A stretch of DNA of 64,000 nucleotides from Fidelibacterota bacterium (GTDB lineage Bacteria > Fidelibacterota > Marinisomatia > SCGC-AAA003-L08 > JACNLC01), in contig JACNLC010000085.1 in assembly GCA_014381725.1 (NCBI GenBank), forward strand, positions 12,569 to 76,568, given 5' to 3'. Below the pieces are notes generated by a model. The model ran no database searches. It had not been told where the DNA came from and saw only the letters and a program-made list of their open reading frames with translations. Made by a program: the position numbers and the translations under genes. Position 1 is the stretch's first letter; each line of letters starts with the position of its first letter. Positions 1-10,191 of this stretch are shown piece after piece.

Positions 1-952
1 TATCCATTCCGCGATATTTTTTTGGGGCATTATCGTTAAGAGTTGCATTAGGGTGCATAATGTTGATTATGTCAAGATTATTTCGTTCACCCATTTCAAA
101 ATCGTTAGGGTCGTGTGCTGGTGTTACTTTTACACAACCGGTTCCAAATTCTTTATCAACATAACTATCTGCAAAAATTGGGATTTCTCTGTTAGTTATT
201 GGTAAAATTACAGATTTCCCCACAAGATGTTGATATCGCTCATCATCAGGATTGATTGCTACGCCAGTATCACCAAGCATTGTTTCCGGTCTTGTAGTCG
301 CAACTGTTAGAAATTCATCTGAATCTTTGATTGGATATTTGAAATACCATAGATTTCCTTGAGATTCTTGATATATAACTTCTTCATCGGAAACGGCTGT
401 AAGTCCAACTGGGTCCCAGTTGATAATCCGCTCACCACGGTAGATTAAACCATCATTGTATAGTTTGACAAATGTTTCGAGAACTGCACGACTGTATTTT
501 TCGTCCATCGTGAATTTTTCTCGATTCCATTCGCAAGAACAACCTAATTTTTTAAGCTGTTTAATGATAATTCCACCGTATTGATTTTTCCACTCCCACG
601 CGTGTTTTAGAAATTCATCTCTTCCAATTTCCCGTTTACTGATTTTTTTCTCTTTCAGCATTTTGGTGACTTTTGCTTCAGTAGCAATGGAAGCATGGTC
701 AGTCCCTGGAAGCCACAATGTATTTTTGCCAAGCATCCTTGCTCGTCTAACCAAAACATCTTGAATTGTATTGTTTAGCACATGCCCCATAGTAAGGATT
801 CCAGTTACATTTGGTGGTGGAATCATTATTGTAAATGTTTCAGCATCCGAAGTCATATCTGGCTCAAATGCAGAAGATTTTTCCCAAGTAGAATACCACT
901 TATCTTCAACTTCAGATGGATTGTAGATTTTTGCTAATTCTCTGTTTGACAT
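1..952 (-). CDS. valS: Valine--tRNA ligase, N-terminal part (runs off the window)
   Basis: Not in ORF track. Hand translation from ATG at 952 gives MSNRELAKIYNPSEVEDKWY...IPPPNVTGILTMGHVLNN...WLPGTDHASIATE...ATTRPETMLGDTG. GGAG RBS upstream. Confidence 0.95.
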   Translation of the reverse strand, partial: MSNRELAKIYNPSEVEDKWYSTWEKSSAFEPDMTSDAETFTIMIPPPNVTGILTMGHVLNNTIQDVLVRRARMLGKNTLWLPGTDHASIATEAKVTKMLKEKKISKREIGRDEFLKHAWEWKNQYGGIIIKQLKKLGCSCEWNREKFTMDEKYSRAVLETFVKLYNDGLIYRGERIINWDPVGLTAVSDEEVIYQESQGNLWYFKYPIKDSDEFLTVATTRPETMLGDTGVAINPDDERYQHLVGKSVILPITNREIPIFADSYVDKEFGTGCVKVTPAHDPNDFEMGERNNLDIINIMHPNATLNDNAPKKYRGMD

Positions 953-1214
953 TTTACTCCTGTCAGTTTTATTCAAATCTCATAAAATTATTACATAAAT
1001 ATAGGTGTAAGTTTACTTGAATTTTATGATTTCTTAAAGAAGGAAATTCTATTTAGTTGAAATTTAGTATTTATTTACTTTTTTCTTATGGAGTTTTAAC
1101 TGCTTTTTAGCTAGTTTTAATCGATCCTTTTCAGATTTGTATTCAATTGGAGATGTAGATTTTTGTTAATCAACTTTAACAAATTTATAATATTGTCAAA
1201 TTCAATCGTGGATC

Positions 1215-3548
1215 TTAAAATTCAATTGTCGTTTCAATAGAAGTTGATGTAATAGTTTCATCTTCACCACTAATTTTTCCATCACCATTTATATCACGAT
1301 AAGATTGTTGGAAAATCCAGCTCATAATTGTTCCACCTCCAATATCAACTGAAACATTGTAGCCAATTAAAGTCCCTTCACTTTTGATTTCCCAAGGATC
1401 ATCCACATTCATTCGATTGATATATGCGCTTGCACTTTTCAATTTTGGAATAAAACTCGGATAAATACTTAGATTTCCTTCAATACCTTTAACTGTTTCG
1501 CTATCGGAAGATCTCATATCTTGATACCCGAATGACAAACTAGCAATATTAAAAATGTTTGAAGATATACTACCAAAAACTCCGCTCATTTTTGTGTCGC
1601 GATAAAGTTGCTCATATTTTGTAATTGGATGAAGTCCAATTGTATCGGTTTCTTCTGTAAGATCAATAAATGATACTCTTTCGACATCATAATTATGATT
1701 AAAGAGTCCATAAACAAAATGACCTGCGGAGCGTCTGTATTCTATATTAATATCAAACAATTTTAGGAATTTAGCTTTCAATCCCGGCATAACCATACCC
1801 CAACCGTAGGAAAGATTGTCGAGTTGTTTATCTATATTGTAGAAATCATATTTTTCACCAAAATATGTCCCGACTTCAGAATATGCAGTTAAATTTACCC
1901 AATCATTGCTGAAAATTGGATATCCAATATCAAAACTTAGTGAATTAAGTGAATGACGATTTTTGTTTACATTGAAAGGAATTGGATTTAATAATATATC
2001 AACATCATCTTCATCAGCATCTAAAATATTATCTCCATCAGCATCAATATCCCAACCACTTTCTGGTATAACCACATCTTCGTCAAAGTGTTCATCAGGG
2101 ATGCCATCTCCATCTGTATCATTATACCATTCATCAATATTTGGGAAGTCATCAACAATATCCGGATATCCATCTCCATCTTTGTCTGTTAATCCCAAAT
2201 ACGGATTAAAATCAGAAATCCATGATGTGCCGAACTTCAATTGCCCAATGTTATAGGTTCCTCTTAAACCTATCAAACCGGAATGCCATTTCAAATCTGA
2301 TATCATTAGCTCAACACCAACCTCATTTGAAGTAAATCCTGTATGCAATCCCAGTTTCTTAACATCTGGATATTCGATGCTATTAGAGTAATTGTTCATA
2401 ATCAAACCATAACCGAGAGTTGCTTTTTCAATTGTTCCAGCTCTTACAAAAAATGGATCTCCTTGTTGACCCCACCGAACATACATGATTTTATCGAAAA
2501 TATCCGAAAATTCGTTCCAGTCTTCGTCTCTGAGATTCCCATCTTGATCCAAATATAAAACTATGTCCAATCCAATACCGAGTTTCCCAAAAGAAATATC
2601 AGGACGAAGTGCAATTTGGTTGTAGAGATCCCCATCAATTGTAACAGCACCAAAACCAGCTTTCATATCAAGATTCTCACCAAATAATGGCTCTGACTTT
2701 TCTTCTTTTGGTTGTTCAGATGTTTCTGGTTGTTCTTGGGTAAGTGCATCTTCTTCAGTTATAGGTTGTATGTTGGCTTCAGTCAATTCTTCTAATTCGA
2801 ATACAGGAGTGGATTGTTCAGTAATAATAGGTTCTGTTTCAAGTAATGTTTGAGATTCTTTTGTAAGAATCTCATCAGGTTCATCAGATATATTATTCTC
2901 GACCAATTCTTCTAGTTCTTCCTTTATTTGTTTGTTTTCATCGATAGGCTCATTTGCTCCAAACTCTTCTTCAGGATCTAATGGAGTTTCTGCTGAGGGG
3001 ACCAACAATAATTCACCCGAATTTGAACATTTGACAGTCTCACCTGAATTTGCTGTGGCGATTTCGCCTGTTGAATTGTTTAACACATCTACAGCTCCGG
3101 TTATCACGCAGATTCTATCAACGCCTAATGGTTTAGACTCAACCCAAAATTCTGTACCTTTAACAGATGCAACCGAAGTTGGAGTAGCAATTCTAAAACT
3201 TCCATTACCGGCTTTTTCATAGCTAGTAAAAACTGTGCCAAAATCAAGATTCATACGATATTGATAAAGCTTTGAATCTGGATCACCTTTCAAACTTAAT
3301 TCTGTATTAGGTCTAAGTTTAATTTGAGTCTTATCATCAAGCAATACAAGAATTAGATAACCGTTCTCTGTTTTTATCTTGTCATTTTCTTCTAAGATGG
3401 TTCCAACTGGAATTCCCTTTGAAAATTCTTTGTCAGTAATTTTCAATAGAAAAACATCACCATAAGTTTTTGTAACAACTGCAATCTTTCCGGCAGACAG
3501 TAGTGAGATAAAGACCATTAAGACAAAAGTTATCGTTGAATTTTTCAT
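1215..3548 (-). CDS. Secreted FecR-domain protein with acidic linker, DxDGDG Ca-binding repeats and a probable C-terminal beta-barrel
   Basis: Signal peptide, FecR motif TPTSVASVKGTEF, E/P-rich linker, DKDGDGYPD/DTDGDGIPD repeats, amphipathic strands ending in terminal Phe. Confidence 0.7.
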   Translation of the reverse strand: MKNSTITFVLMVFISLLSAGKIAVVTKTYGDVFLLKITDKEFSKGIPVGTILEENDKIKTENGYLILVLLDDKTQIKLRPNTELSLKGDPDSKLYQYRMNLDFGTVFTSYEKAGNGSFRIATPTSVASVKGTEFWVESKPLGVDRICVITGAVDVLNNSTGEIATANSGETVKCSNSGELLLVPSAETPLDPEEEFGANEPIDENKQIKEELEELVENNISDEPDEILTKESQTLLETEPIITEQSTPVFELEELTEANIQPITEEDALTQEQPETSEQPKEEKSEPLFGENLDMKAGFGAVTIDGDLYNQIALRPDISFGKLGIGLDIVLYLDQDGNLRDEDWNEFSDIFDKIMYVRWGQQGDPFFVRAGTIEKATLGYGLIMNNYSNSIEYPDVKKLGLHTGFTSNEVGVELMISDLKWHSGLIGLRGTYNIGQLKFGTSWISDFNPYLGLTDKDGDGYPDIVDDFPNIDEWYNDTDGDGIPDEHFDEDVVIPESGWDIDADGDNILDADEDDVDILLNPIPFNVNKNRHSLNSLSFDIGYPIFSNDWVNLTAYSEVGTYFGEKYDFYNIDKQLDNLSYGWGMVMPGLKAKFLKLFDINIEYRRSAGHFVYGLFNHNYDVERVSFIDLTEETDTIGLHPITKYEQLYRDTKMSGVFGSISSNIFNIASLSFGYQDMRSSDSETVKGIEGNLSIYPSFIPKLKSASAYINRMNVDDPWEIKSEGTLIGYNVSVDIGGGTIMSWIFQQSYRDINGDGKISGEDETITSTSIETTIEF

Positions 3549-3731
3549 AATATCCTCTATAATTAAGTGGTTTTGTTAATGAAACTAAATCAATTCTTTG
3601 GTTAAAATTAACTATTATTTATGAATTTTTTACATAATTTCCGAATCGATTTTAAAATAACTAAAAGTTTGAGTTATATTCTTGCGCAATATTGGTGCGT
3701 TTTTCATTAATTTAAAGTAGAAAATATTAAA

Positions 3732-4619
3732 ATGGACAGTTATTTCCACTGGTTTACAAAGTTTTTCACTTATTCATCTATCCAAGTCAAAATTATTGCA
3801 TCCGTATTGGCTGTTTTCGTTTATTTCATTGGTCGAAAAATAATCTTAAAATTTGTGATGAAATCCACCGATGACCCTAAAATTCGGTATAATTGGCAAA
3901 AGACAACAGGATATATCGGTGCTATAATTGTGATGATTATTATAGGACGAATATGGTTTAAAGGAATTCAATCATTAGCAACTTATTTGGGATTGTTATC
4001 AGCTGGTATTGCAATTGCATTAAAAGATCCATTAACAAATATTACCGGGTGGCTTTTTATTTTGTGGCGAAGTCCGTTGGAAGTTGGGGATAGAATTCAA
4101 GTTGGGAAACACGCAGGTGATGTTATCGATGTGAATATATTCAAATTTACTATTATGGAAATCGGGAATTGGGTTAATGCTGACCAAAATACCGGTCGCA
4201 TAATTCATATACCAAATGGGAAAGTATTCACAGAAACTTTAGCAAATTATGGTAAAGGATTTAAGTATATTTGGAACGAGATTCCCGTGCTAATCACCTT
4301 TGAGAGTAATTGGGAAAAAGCTAAAGATATTCTTTCTGAAATTTCAAAAAAACACGCTGAGCATTTAAGTAAAGCGGCATCCAAAAGACTAAAATTAACA
4401 ACGAAAAAGTTCCTCATCCATCAACCCAATTTTGCCCCTACAGTTTATACTAAAGTGGAAGATAGTGGAGTGTTGCTGACTATTAGGTATTTATGTAATC
4501 CAAGGAAACGCCGAGATAGCGAGCAAGATATTTGGGAAGAAGTTCTTAAACAATTTTCTAATCAAAAAGAAATAGATTTTGCATATCCAACAACACGATT
4601 TTATAAGGAAGAAATGTAA
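3732..4619 (+). CDS. Small-conductance mechanosensitive channel family protein
   Basis: GLLSAGIAIALKD...PLEVGDRI...IPNG MscS signature. Confidence 0.9.
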   Translation: MDSYFHWFTKFFTYSSIQVKIIASVLAVFVYFIGRKIILKFVMKSTDDPKIRYNWQKTTGYIGAIIVMIIIGRIWFKGIQSLATYLGLLSAGIAIALKDPLTNITGWLFILWRSPLEVGDRIQVGKHAGDVIDVNIFKFTIMEIGNWVNADQNTGRIIHIPNGKVFTETLANYGKGFKYIWNEIPVLITFESNWEKAKDILSEISKKHAEHLSKAASKRLKLTTKKFLIHQPNFAPTVYTKVEDSGVLLTIRYLCNPRKRRDSEQDIWEEVLKQFSNQKEIDFAYPTTRFYKEEM

Positions 4620-4751
4620 AGGATACTGAACACCGAATAGAATTATCAGTTACGAATTAAAAAAACACAACAATTATAGCTAAGTAGAAATATAACATAA
4701 ATTCAACTTTTGTATTTTGTGAGAACTAAAGTATCTACTGTCAATTATATT

Positions 4752-4784
4752 ATCCTTGCAAGGTTTCAAAACTCTAGCAAGGTT
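4752..4784. repeat. Degenerate REP-like palindrome
   Basis: atccttgcaaggtttcaaaactctagcaaggtt: imperfect dyad of the CCTTGCAAGG type in an intergenic region. Confidence 0.5.
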
Positions 4785-4852
4785 AGATTGCCTACTAAAA
4801 TATTCCTCACTAAATTATTGTCCGTTGTTAGTAACTAAATGTAAATTGTGAT

Positions 4853-6202
4853 ATGAAGTTATCTACAATTCTATATTTGTTGTTGTTGTTCACATCATTA
4901 TTTTCACAAGGTCCAATTGTTGTTCGTGTTCCAATCGAAGGCACAATTGATATGGGACTTCCATATTACATCGAAAGAGCAATTGATGAAGCCGAAAACC
5001 AAAATGCTACTGCAATCATTTTTGATATTGATACATTTGGTGGGCGTGTAGATGCTGCAACACAAATAAAAGATGCTATTTTGGATTGTAAAATCCCAAC
5101 TATTGCCTTTATTAATCGTAGAGCAATTTCTGCAGGAGCGTTGATTTCGCTTTCATGTGATTCAATATTTATGACAAGCGGAGCAACAATTGGTGCTGCA
5201 ACTGCTGTTGACATTGAGGGCAAAAAAGCATCCGAAAAAGTGATTTCATATATGAGAGAGGAAATGGCATCAACAGCAGAGGCAAACGGTCGTTCTCGCG
5301 ATATTGCAATAGGAATGGTGGACGAAGAAATCGAAATCCCATTTTATATTTCCACGGATGCCGACACTATTTTTGCAGAAAATATTGAGGGATTTAAAGA
5401 AGGTAAACTCATTACACTTTCTACAAAATATGCTTTACTTCTAGGTGTTGCAAATCAAGAATTGGAAACTATTCAGGAAATATTAACTCACCTCGAACTT
5501 ACAAATGCAAAAATTGTTGAAATCGCTGCATCGTGGTCAGAAAATTTAGTTCGATTTCTAACCAATCCAACAGTTGCACCGTTATTGATGACACTCGGAT
5601 TACTCGGATTATTATTCGAAGTTAAATCACCAGGGTTCGGATTTCCCGGAGCATTCGGGTTACTATGTTTGGCATTATTTTTTGGCTCACATTTGTTAGT
5701 AGGTTTGGCAGATGTATTTGAAATGCTACTACTAATAACTGGCATCATTTTGATTCTGTTGGAAATTTTTGTTATACCCGGATTCGGTATCGCCGGAATT
5801 GTAGGGGGTGCATTGGTTATATGGAGTTTGTTCAAAATGTTGGTGGGAGATTATCCTACTCCAAATGATCTGAAAAATGCTTATTACGGACTTTCTTTCG
5901 GAGTTGTTGTCGCGTTTTTTGCTGGAATTATGTTGTTTAAAGCATTAACAAAATCCAAATTATATCAAAAGATTATTCCGATAACATCACAGAAAAAAGA
6001 TGCTGGATACTCTATTTCTAAAGGTTATGAAAAACTTATCGGAAATACAGGCGTTGCAAAAACTGACCTTCGCCCAACAGGTATTGTCATTATAGAAAAC
6101 GAAATTTATCAAGCAATGAGCCTCGGAGATTATATTGAAAAAGAATCTTCAATAGTGGTTTTAGGGATTGACGAGAATCAATTAACAGTTAAAAAAACAT
6201 AA
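4853..6202 (+). CDS. nfeD: NfeD family membrane-bound serine protease (ClpP-like domain, TM region, OB fold)
   Basis: [18 protein letters not shown] motifs and C-terminal TDLRPTG. Lies upstream of floA. Confidence 0.9.
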   Translation: MKLSTILYLLLLFTSLFSQGPIVVRVPIEGTIDMGLPYYIERAIDEAENQNATAIIFDIDTFGGRVDAATQIKDAILDCKIPTIAFINRRAISAGALISLSCDSIFMTSGATIGAATAVDIEGKKASEKVISYMREEMASTAEANGRSRDIAIGMVDEEIEIPFYISTDADTIFAENIEGFKEGKLITLSTKYALLLGVANQELETIQEILTHLELTNAKIVEIAASWSENLVRFLTNPTVAPLLMTLGLLGLLFEVKSPGFGFPGAFGLLCLALFFGSHLLVGLADVFEMLLLITGIILILLEIFVIPGFGIAGIVGGALVIWSLFKMLVGDYPTPNDLKNAYYGLSFGVVVAFFAGIMLFKALTKSKLYQKIIPITSQKKDAGYSISKGYEKLIGNTGVAKTDLRPTGIVIIENEIYQAMSLGDYIEKESSIVVLGIDENQLTVKKT

Positions 6203-6222
6203 ATAAAAGAAAGGTAAGTAAA

Positions 6223-7215
6223 ATGGATGGAATTTTAATAGTGGGACCAATTATATTTTTAGTAGTAATTGTCTTCTTCTACCTTGTACCACTCGGGTTG
6301 TGGATACAAACCGGAGTATCAATTGGTTGGGGAAAAGTAGGGATGATCAAATTGGTAGTAATGCGAATCAGAAAAATCCCACCAAAGTTGATTTCTGACG
6401 GAGTTATCAATTTGCATCGTGCAGGTTTGGATTATATAACATCAGAAGATTTAGAAACACACTTTTTAGCAGGTGGTAACATAATCAATGTTGTGGATGC
6501 ACTAATTGCTGCTGACAAAGCAAATATTGAACTGACATTCCAAACTGCAGCTGCGATTGATTTAGCAGGACGAGATGTGAAAGAAGCGGTGCAAACAAGC
6601 GTTTATCCAAAAGTGATTAACTGTCCTAAAGAAGGTAAAGTTTCTGCAGTATCAAAAGATGGAATTCAGCTTCACTCAAAAGCTCGTGTAACTGTTCGGA
6701 CAAATATTGACCAACTTGTAGGTGGAGCAACGGACGACACCGTGATTGCACGAGTTGGGGAGGGAATTGTGAGTGCGATTGGTTCTGCTAAATCTTATAA
6801 ATCTGTGTTAGAAAATCCTGATGATATATCGAGAGCAGTATTATCAAAAGGATTAGATTCAGGAACAGCATACTCAATTTTGTCAATTGATATTGCAGAT
6901 GTTGATGTAGGAAATAATGTAGGTGCGCATCTTGAAGCCGACCAAGCCGAAGCCGACAAAAAAGTAGCTCAAGCAAAAGCTGAAAGTCGTAGAGCAATGG
7001 CTGTTGCAGCAGAGCAGGAAATGCAAGCAAAAGTCCAAGAAATGCAAGCAAAAGTTGTTGAAGCTGAAGCTGAAGTTCCAAAAGCGATGGCTCAAGCATT
7101 CCGCGAAGGGAATTTGGGTATTATGGATTATTACAATATGCAAAATGTCAAATCCGATACCAAGATGAGAGATTCAATTGCTGGACAAGATTCTGAAGAA
7201 AAAACCAACGAATAG
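6223..7215 (+). CDS. floA: Flotillin-like protein FloA (YqfA)
   Basis: [41 protein letters not shown]. Confidence 0.93.
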   Translation: MDGILIVGPIIFLVVIVFFYLVPLGLWIQTGVSIGWGKVGMIKLVVMRIRKIPPKLISDGVINLHRAGLDYITSEDLETHFLAGGNIINVVDALIAADKANIELTFQTAAAIDLAGRDVKEAVQTSVYPKVINCPKEGKVSAVSKDGIQLHSKARVTVRTNIDQLVGGATDDTVIARVGEGIVSAIGSAKSYKSVLENPDDISRAVLSKGLDSGTAYSILSIDIADVDVGNNVGAHLEADQAEADKKVAQAKAESRRAMAVAAEQEMQAKVQEMQAKVVEAEAEVPKAMAQAFREGNLGIMDYYNMQNVKSDTKMRDSIAGQDSEEKTNE

Positions 7216-7234
7216 ATAATGGTCTCTAAATATA

Positions 7235-7372
7235 AACCATTAAGATGGTTAATAATCTATTATTTTTCTGTTAACCCACGGCTTAGGTCGTGGGTTACGG
7301 ATCCAGCAGAAATTATCGAAACCGTTTTACCTGTCCGTGCTCGCTACTTTACAGGAGCAGGTGGAACGGTTT
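7235..7372. repeat. Composite (BIME-like) cluster of three palindromes
   Basis: aaccat-taag-atggtt (7235-7250), taacccacg-gcttaggt-cgtgggtta (7272-7297), and aaaccgttt...aacggttt (7319-7372) with an internal cctg...cagg insert. Confidence 0.7.
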
Positions 7373-7406
7373 TTAGTAAGGTATGCTAGTGGTCTATTTT
7401 GCTGAA

Positions 7407-7832
7407 ATGAGTAATTGGGGTATAATCCTACTAATATGGTGGTTGGTTTCAATGTTTTTGGGCAAGAAGAAAAAGAAACTGCAAAAAACCGGGGACGCGG
7501 AATCATCTCCCCCAGCAGAATCCGACCCATTTGATTTATTCAAAACTATTCGTGAGAATTTACCCGTATCAGAATCATTTGGGAAAACCGCTGAAATTGT
7601 AAAGGAAGAAATTATACGAAATGAAATCCCAAAAGTAGGGGTTGCACAACAACCAATTTCTTCTGAAGATGATTTAGATAATCCTCAATCTAAAGAACAG
7701 GATTTGGATGAATACAAACCGAAAATAAAAGTAAATTCATATAGAAAATTATTAAAGAAAAATGATGATGTCAGAACAGCTATAATTCTTAAAGAAATTT
7801 TAGATAAACCAAAGGCGCGGAGAAGCAGATAG
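7407..7832 (+). CDS. Hypothetical membrane-anchored protein (YqfB-like third gene of the nfeD-floA operon)
   Basis: N-terminal TM followed by a poly-K stretch, and C-terminal AIILKEILDKPKA. Start at ATG 7407 is inferred. Confidence 0.65.
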   Translation: MSNWGIILLIWWLVSMFLGKKKKKLQKTGDAESSPPAESDPFDLFKTIRENLPVSESFGKTAEIVKEEIIRNEIPKVGVAQQPISSEDDLDNPQSKEQDLDEYKPKIKVNSYRKLLKKNDDVRTAIILKEILDKPKARRSR

Positions 7833-7859
7833 CTGTTATTAAATTAAGATAATATTTAT

Positions 7860-8453
7860 TCAGATGAATCTGCTATAAAATTCTTCTAACTCATTTTTAA
7901 GTTCATCAATAGTCCCATTATTCTCGATAGTTTCATCAATCAGTTTTCGTTTTTCTTCTTCAGAAATTTGTAGATCCATTCTCTTCAAAACTTGATTTGG
8001 GGAAATATCTCCGCGACTGGTTACCCTCTCAATTCTGTGGTTTTTATTAGCAGTAATTAAGATGGTTTTATCAAATAGATTCTGTAAATCTGCTTCAATC
8101 AAAAGTGCGGCTTCTACAACGAATACCTTGACTTTTTCTTTTTCAGCTTTTTTCATTGCTTTGTCAATCAACACAAAAACTTCCGGCCACATAATCCCAT
8201 TAAGAATTTGTTGGTCAATTTTGTTGGAAAATGCTACTTCTGCCAGTGATTTGAAATTCAATTTATGATTATCGCCAACCACAGCAGAACCAAACGCATT
8301 GATTATTTTATGTTGCAATGCAATCGAATGTCGGAGATGATTTTTAGATTCATCATCTGCATTGAAAATTACTGCCCCTTTATCAGCAAAAAACTGTGAA
8401 GCTGTGGTCTTTCCAGAACCAATTCCACCTGTTATTCCTAGTTTAAACATCAC
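7860..8453 (-). CDS. coaE: Dephospho-CoA kinase
   Basis: GITGGIGSGKTT P-loop, EAALLIE, IENNGT. Confidence 0.95.
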   Translation of the reverse strand: MMFKLGITGGIGSGKTTASQFFADKGAVIFNADDESKNHLRHSIALQHKIINAFGSAVVGDNHKLNFKSLAEVAFSNKIDQQILNGIMWPEVFVLIDKAMKKAEKEKVKVFVVEAALLIEADLQNLFDKTILITANKNHRIERVTSRGDISPNQVLKRMDLQISEEEKRKLIDETIENNGTIDELKNELEEFYSRFI

Positions 8454-9004
8454 CTTAACTCTTTTCTAAGTAATCTCCAACGGTCGCTGTCAATTATTTG
8501 CTCACCGGAATTTATCTTTTTAATCATAACCATAACATCTTCTATCGATTCGTAAATAAAATGATGGGGAAACATTCCGAGTAGCCAAAGTGGAGTTTTT
8601 TTCTTTCCTCCTTCCATACTGACAAAAATTGGTTTTTTCATTCTAACTGCGGTTACAATTTCTTCAGCACTTCCCCAGCTGGCAACATCTGGAAGTAAAT
8701 GGGCAATTATAAAATCTGACCGGTCAACCAAATTCAAATCATAACTTCTAACTATTTTCATTCTATTAGCAACATCAGAAAAAAGTCCGTTATCCATATC
8801 TGAAAGCATTTTGCGACGAGCTTCCTCGTCTTCTTTCACATCTTTCACAAATGGTTTTTTGTATGGATTAAATACTGTGATGTTCAGTTTTTCCAGTTCT
8901 TCTTCTACATATTCTCGCCAATCTTGTCCGTCGGAATATTGCATGTGACCAACCAAATAAGTTTTGGTGAACTCCAATAAATTTTTGTTGTTAGATATTT
9001 TCAC
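8450..9004 (-). CDS. Nucleoside 2-deoxyribosyltransferase-like protein
   Basis: YLVGHM...WRE...VFNP...DLNLVDRSDFIIA...GSAEE...KKPI pattern of the NDT fold. Confidence 0.6.
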   Translation of the reverse strand: MKISNNKNLLEFTKTYLVGHMQYSDGQDWREYVEEELEKLNITVFNPYKKPFVKDVKEDEEARRKMLSDMDNGLFSDVANRMKIVRSYDLNLVDRSDFIIAHLLPDVASWGSAEEIVTAVRMKKPIFVSMEGGKKKTPLWLLGMFPHHFIYESIEDVMVMIKKINSGEQIIDSDRWRLLRKELR

Positions 9005-9012
9005 AATAAATC

Positions 9013-9660
9013 CTAATTTAATATAGAAGAAATGTTGTTTTTGACCTCTTGAATTGTTCCTAGTCCAATTACAGATTTTACTAAATTTTGTTTAGTGTAA
9101 AAGTCCACAAGTGGTTCTGTTTGTCGGCTGTAAATCTCCAATCTTTTGGTAATTGTTTCTGGCTTGTCATCATCTCTTTGATATAACTCTCCGTTGCACT
9201 GATTGCAGATTCCTTCGGTTTTGGGAGGATCAAACATCAGATTGTAAACTGCTCCGCAATTCTTACAAGAACGACGAGAAGATAATCGTTTTATTACTTC
9301 TTCATTTGCTACGGTAATTACTAATACCACATCCAAATTTTCATTCATCTCTGTGAGAAGTTTATCTAATCCTCTTGCTTGTGGGATGGTGCGAGGAAAT
9401 CCATCAAGAATATATCCATTTTTGCAATCATCTTCTTGCAAACGATTTTTCATCATCCCAAGAATAACATCATCAGGAACAAGTTTACCTGCATTCATAA
9501 ATTTTTGTGCTTCAATTCCCATTTGTGTATTTTTACGGATATTTGCTCTCAACATATCTCCAGTAGAAATCTGTGGAATTGAGTATTTTTCAACTAAATA
9601 TTTAGCTTGTGTTCCTTTGCCTACACCCGGAGGTCCAACCAAAATCATTTTCATTTTCAT
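9013..9660 (-). CDS. adk: Adenylate kinase with Zn-binding LID
   Basis: GPPGVGKGTQA, ISTGDMLR, LDGFPRT, two CxxC in the LID. ATG start at 9660 or 9654. Confidence 0.97.
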   Translation of the reverse strand: MKMKMILVGPPGVGKGTQAKYLVEKYSIPQISTGDMLRANIRKNTQMGIEAQKFMNAGKLVPDDVILGMMKNRLQEDDCKNGYILDGFPRTIPQARGLDKLLTEMNENLDVVLVITVANEEVIKRLSSRRSCKNCGAVYNLMFDPPKTEGICNQCNGELYQRDDDKPETITKRLEIYSRQTEPLVDFYTKQNLVKSVIGLGTIQEVKNNISSILN

Positions 9661-9734
9661 AAATCCTTTCAAAATTTAGTTATAATAATTTAAGATAATT
9701 AGCACTATTGATTTTAAAATATGAGAGAAATATT

Positions 9735-9818
9735 CTATAATGAAATCCCTGCAATTGTAGCTGTTAACCACGATGCAATTGCACTACAAAACATCGCTTT
9801 AATTCCGACGAAATTCAT
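9735..9818 (-). pseudogene. 27-aa ORF resembling the last helix of a NupC/CNT nucleoside transporter
   Basis: Hand translation MNFVGIKAMFCSAIASWLTATIAGISL*, directly downstream of cdd. Confidence 0.6.
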
Positions 9819-9822
9819 TTAA

Positions 9823-10191
9823 CTAAAACGGATAAGGGAGCAATTCATCAATAGTTGTAGTTTTGTAATTTGTTTGAGAGTTTCCAACATATAGTGGAAT
9901 ATTTCCAGCAAATTCACTGATAATTTGACGACACGCACCACAGGGCATTCCTCCGTCTTTAGTTACTATCGCCATTGCTTTAAACTTATTATATCCTTGT
10001 GCAATTGCAGAGAATATTGCCACTCTTTCTGCACATAAAGTTGTTGGATATGCTTTCGACTCGATATTGCATCCGTGAATGATATCTCCGTTTTCAGTCA
10101 ATAACGCTACACCAACAGGATATTTACTAAAAGGAGACACCGATTTATTCTGTGCCTTTAGTGCTGATTGTATTAATTTTTCGGGTTTCAT
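9823..10191 (-). CDS. cdd: Cytidine deaminase (tetrameric type)
   Basis: SPFSKYPVG, GCNIE, CAER, PCGACRQ. ATGA overlap with the rhomboid stop. Confidence 0.93.
   Translation of the reverse strand: MKPEKLIQSALKAQNKSVSPFSKYPVGVALLTENGDIIHGCNIESKAYPTTLCAERVAIFSAIAQGYNKFKAMAIVTKDGGMPCGACRQIISEFAGNIPLYVGNSQTNYKTTTIDELLPYPF

Noticed and set aside
953..1214. T-box leader upstream of valS
   Set aside because: No T-box consensus or terminator/antiterminator seen, only a short AT-rich inverted repeat.
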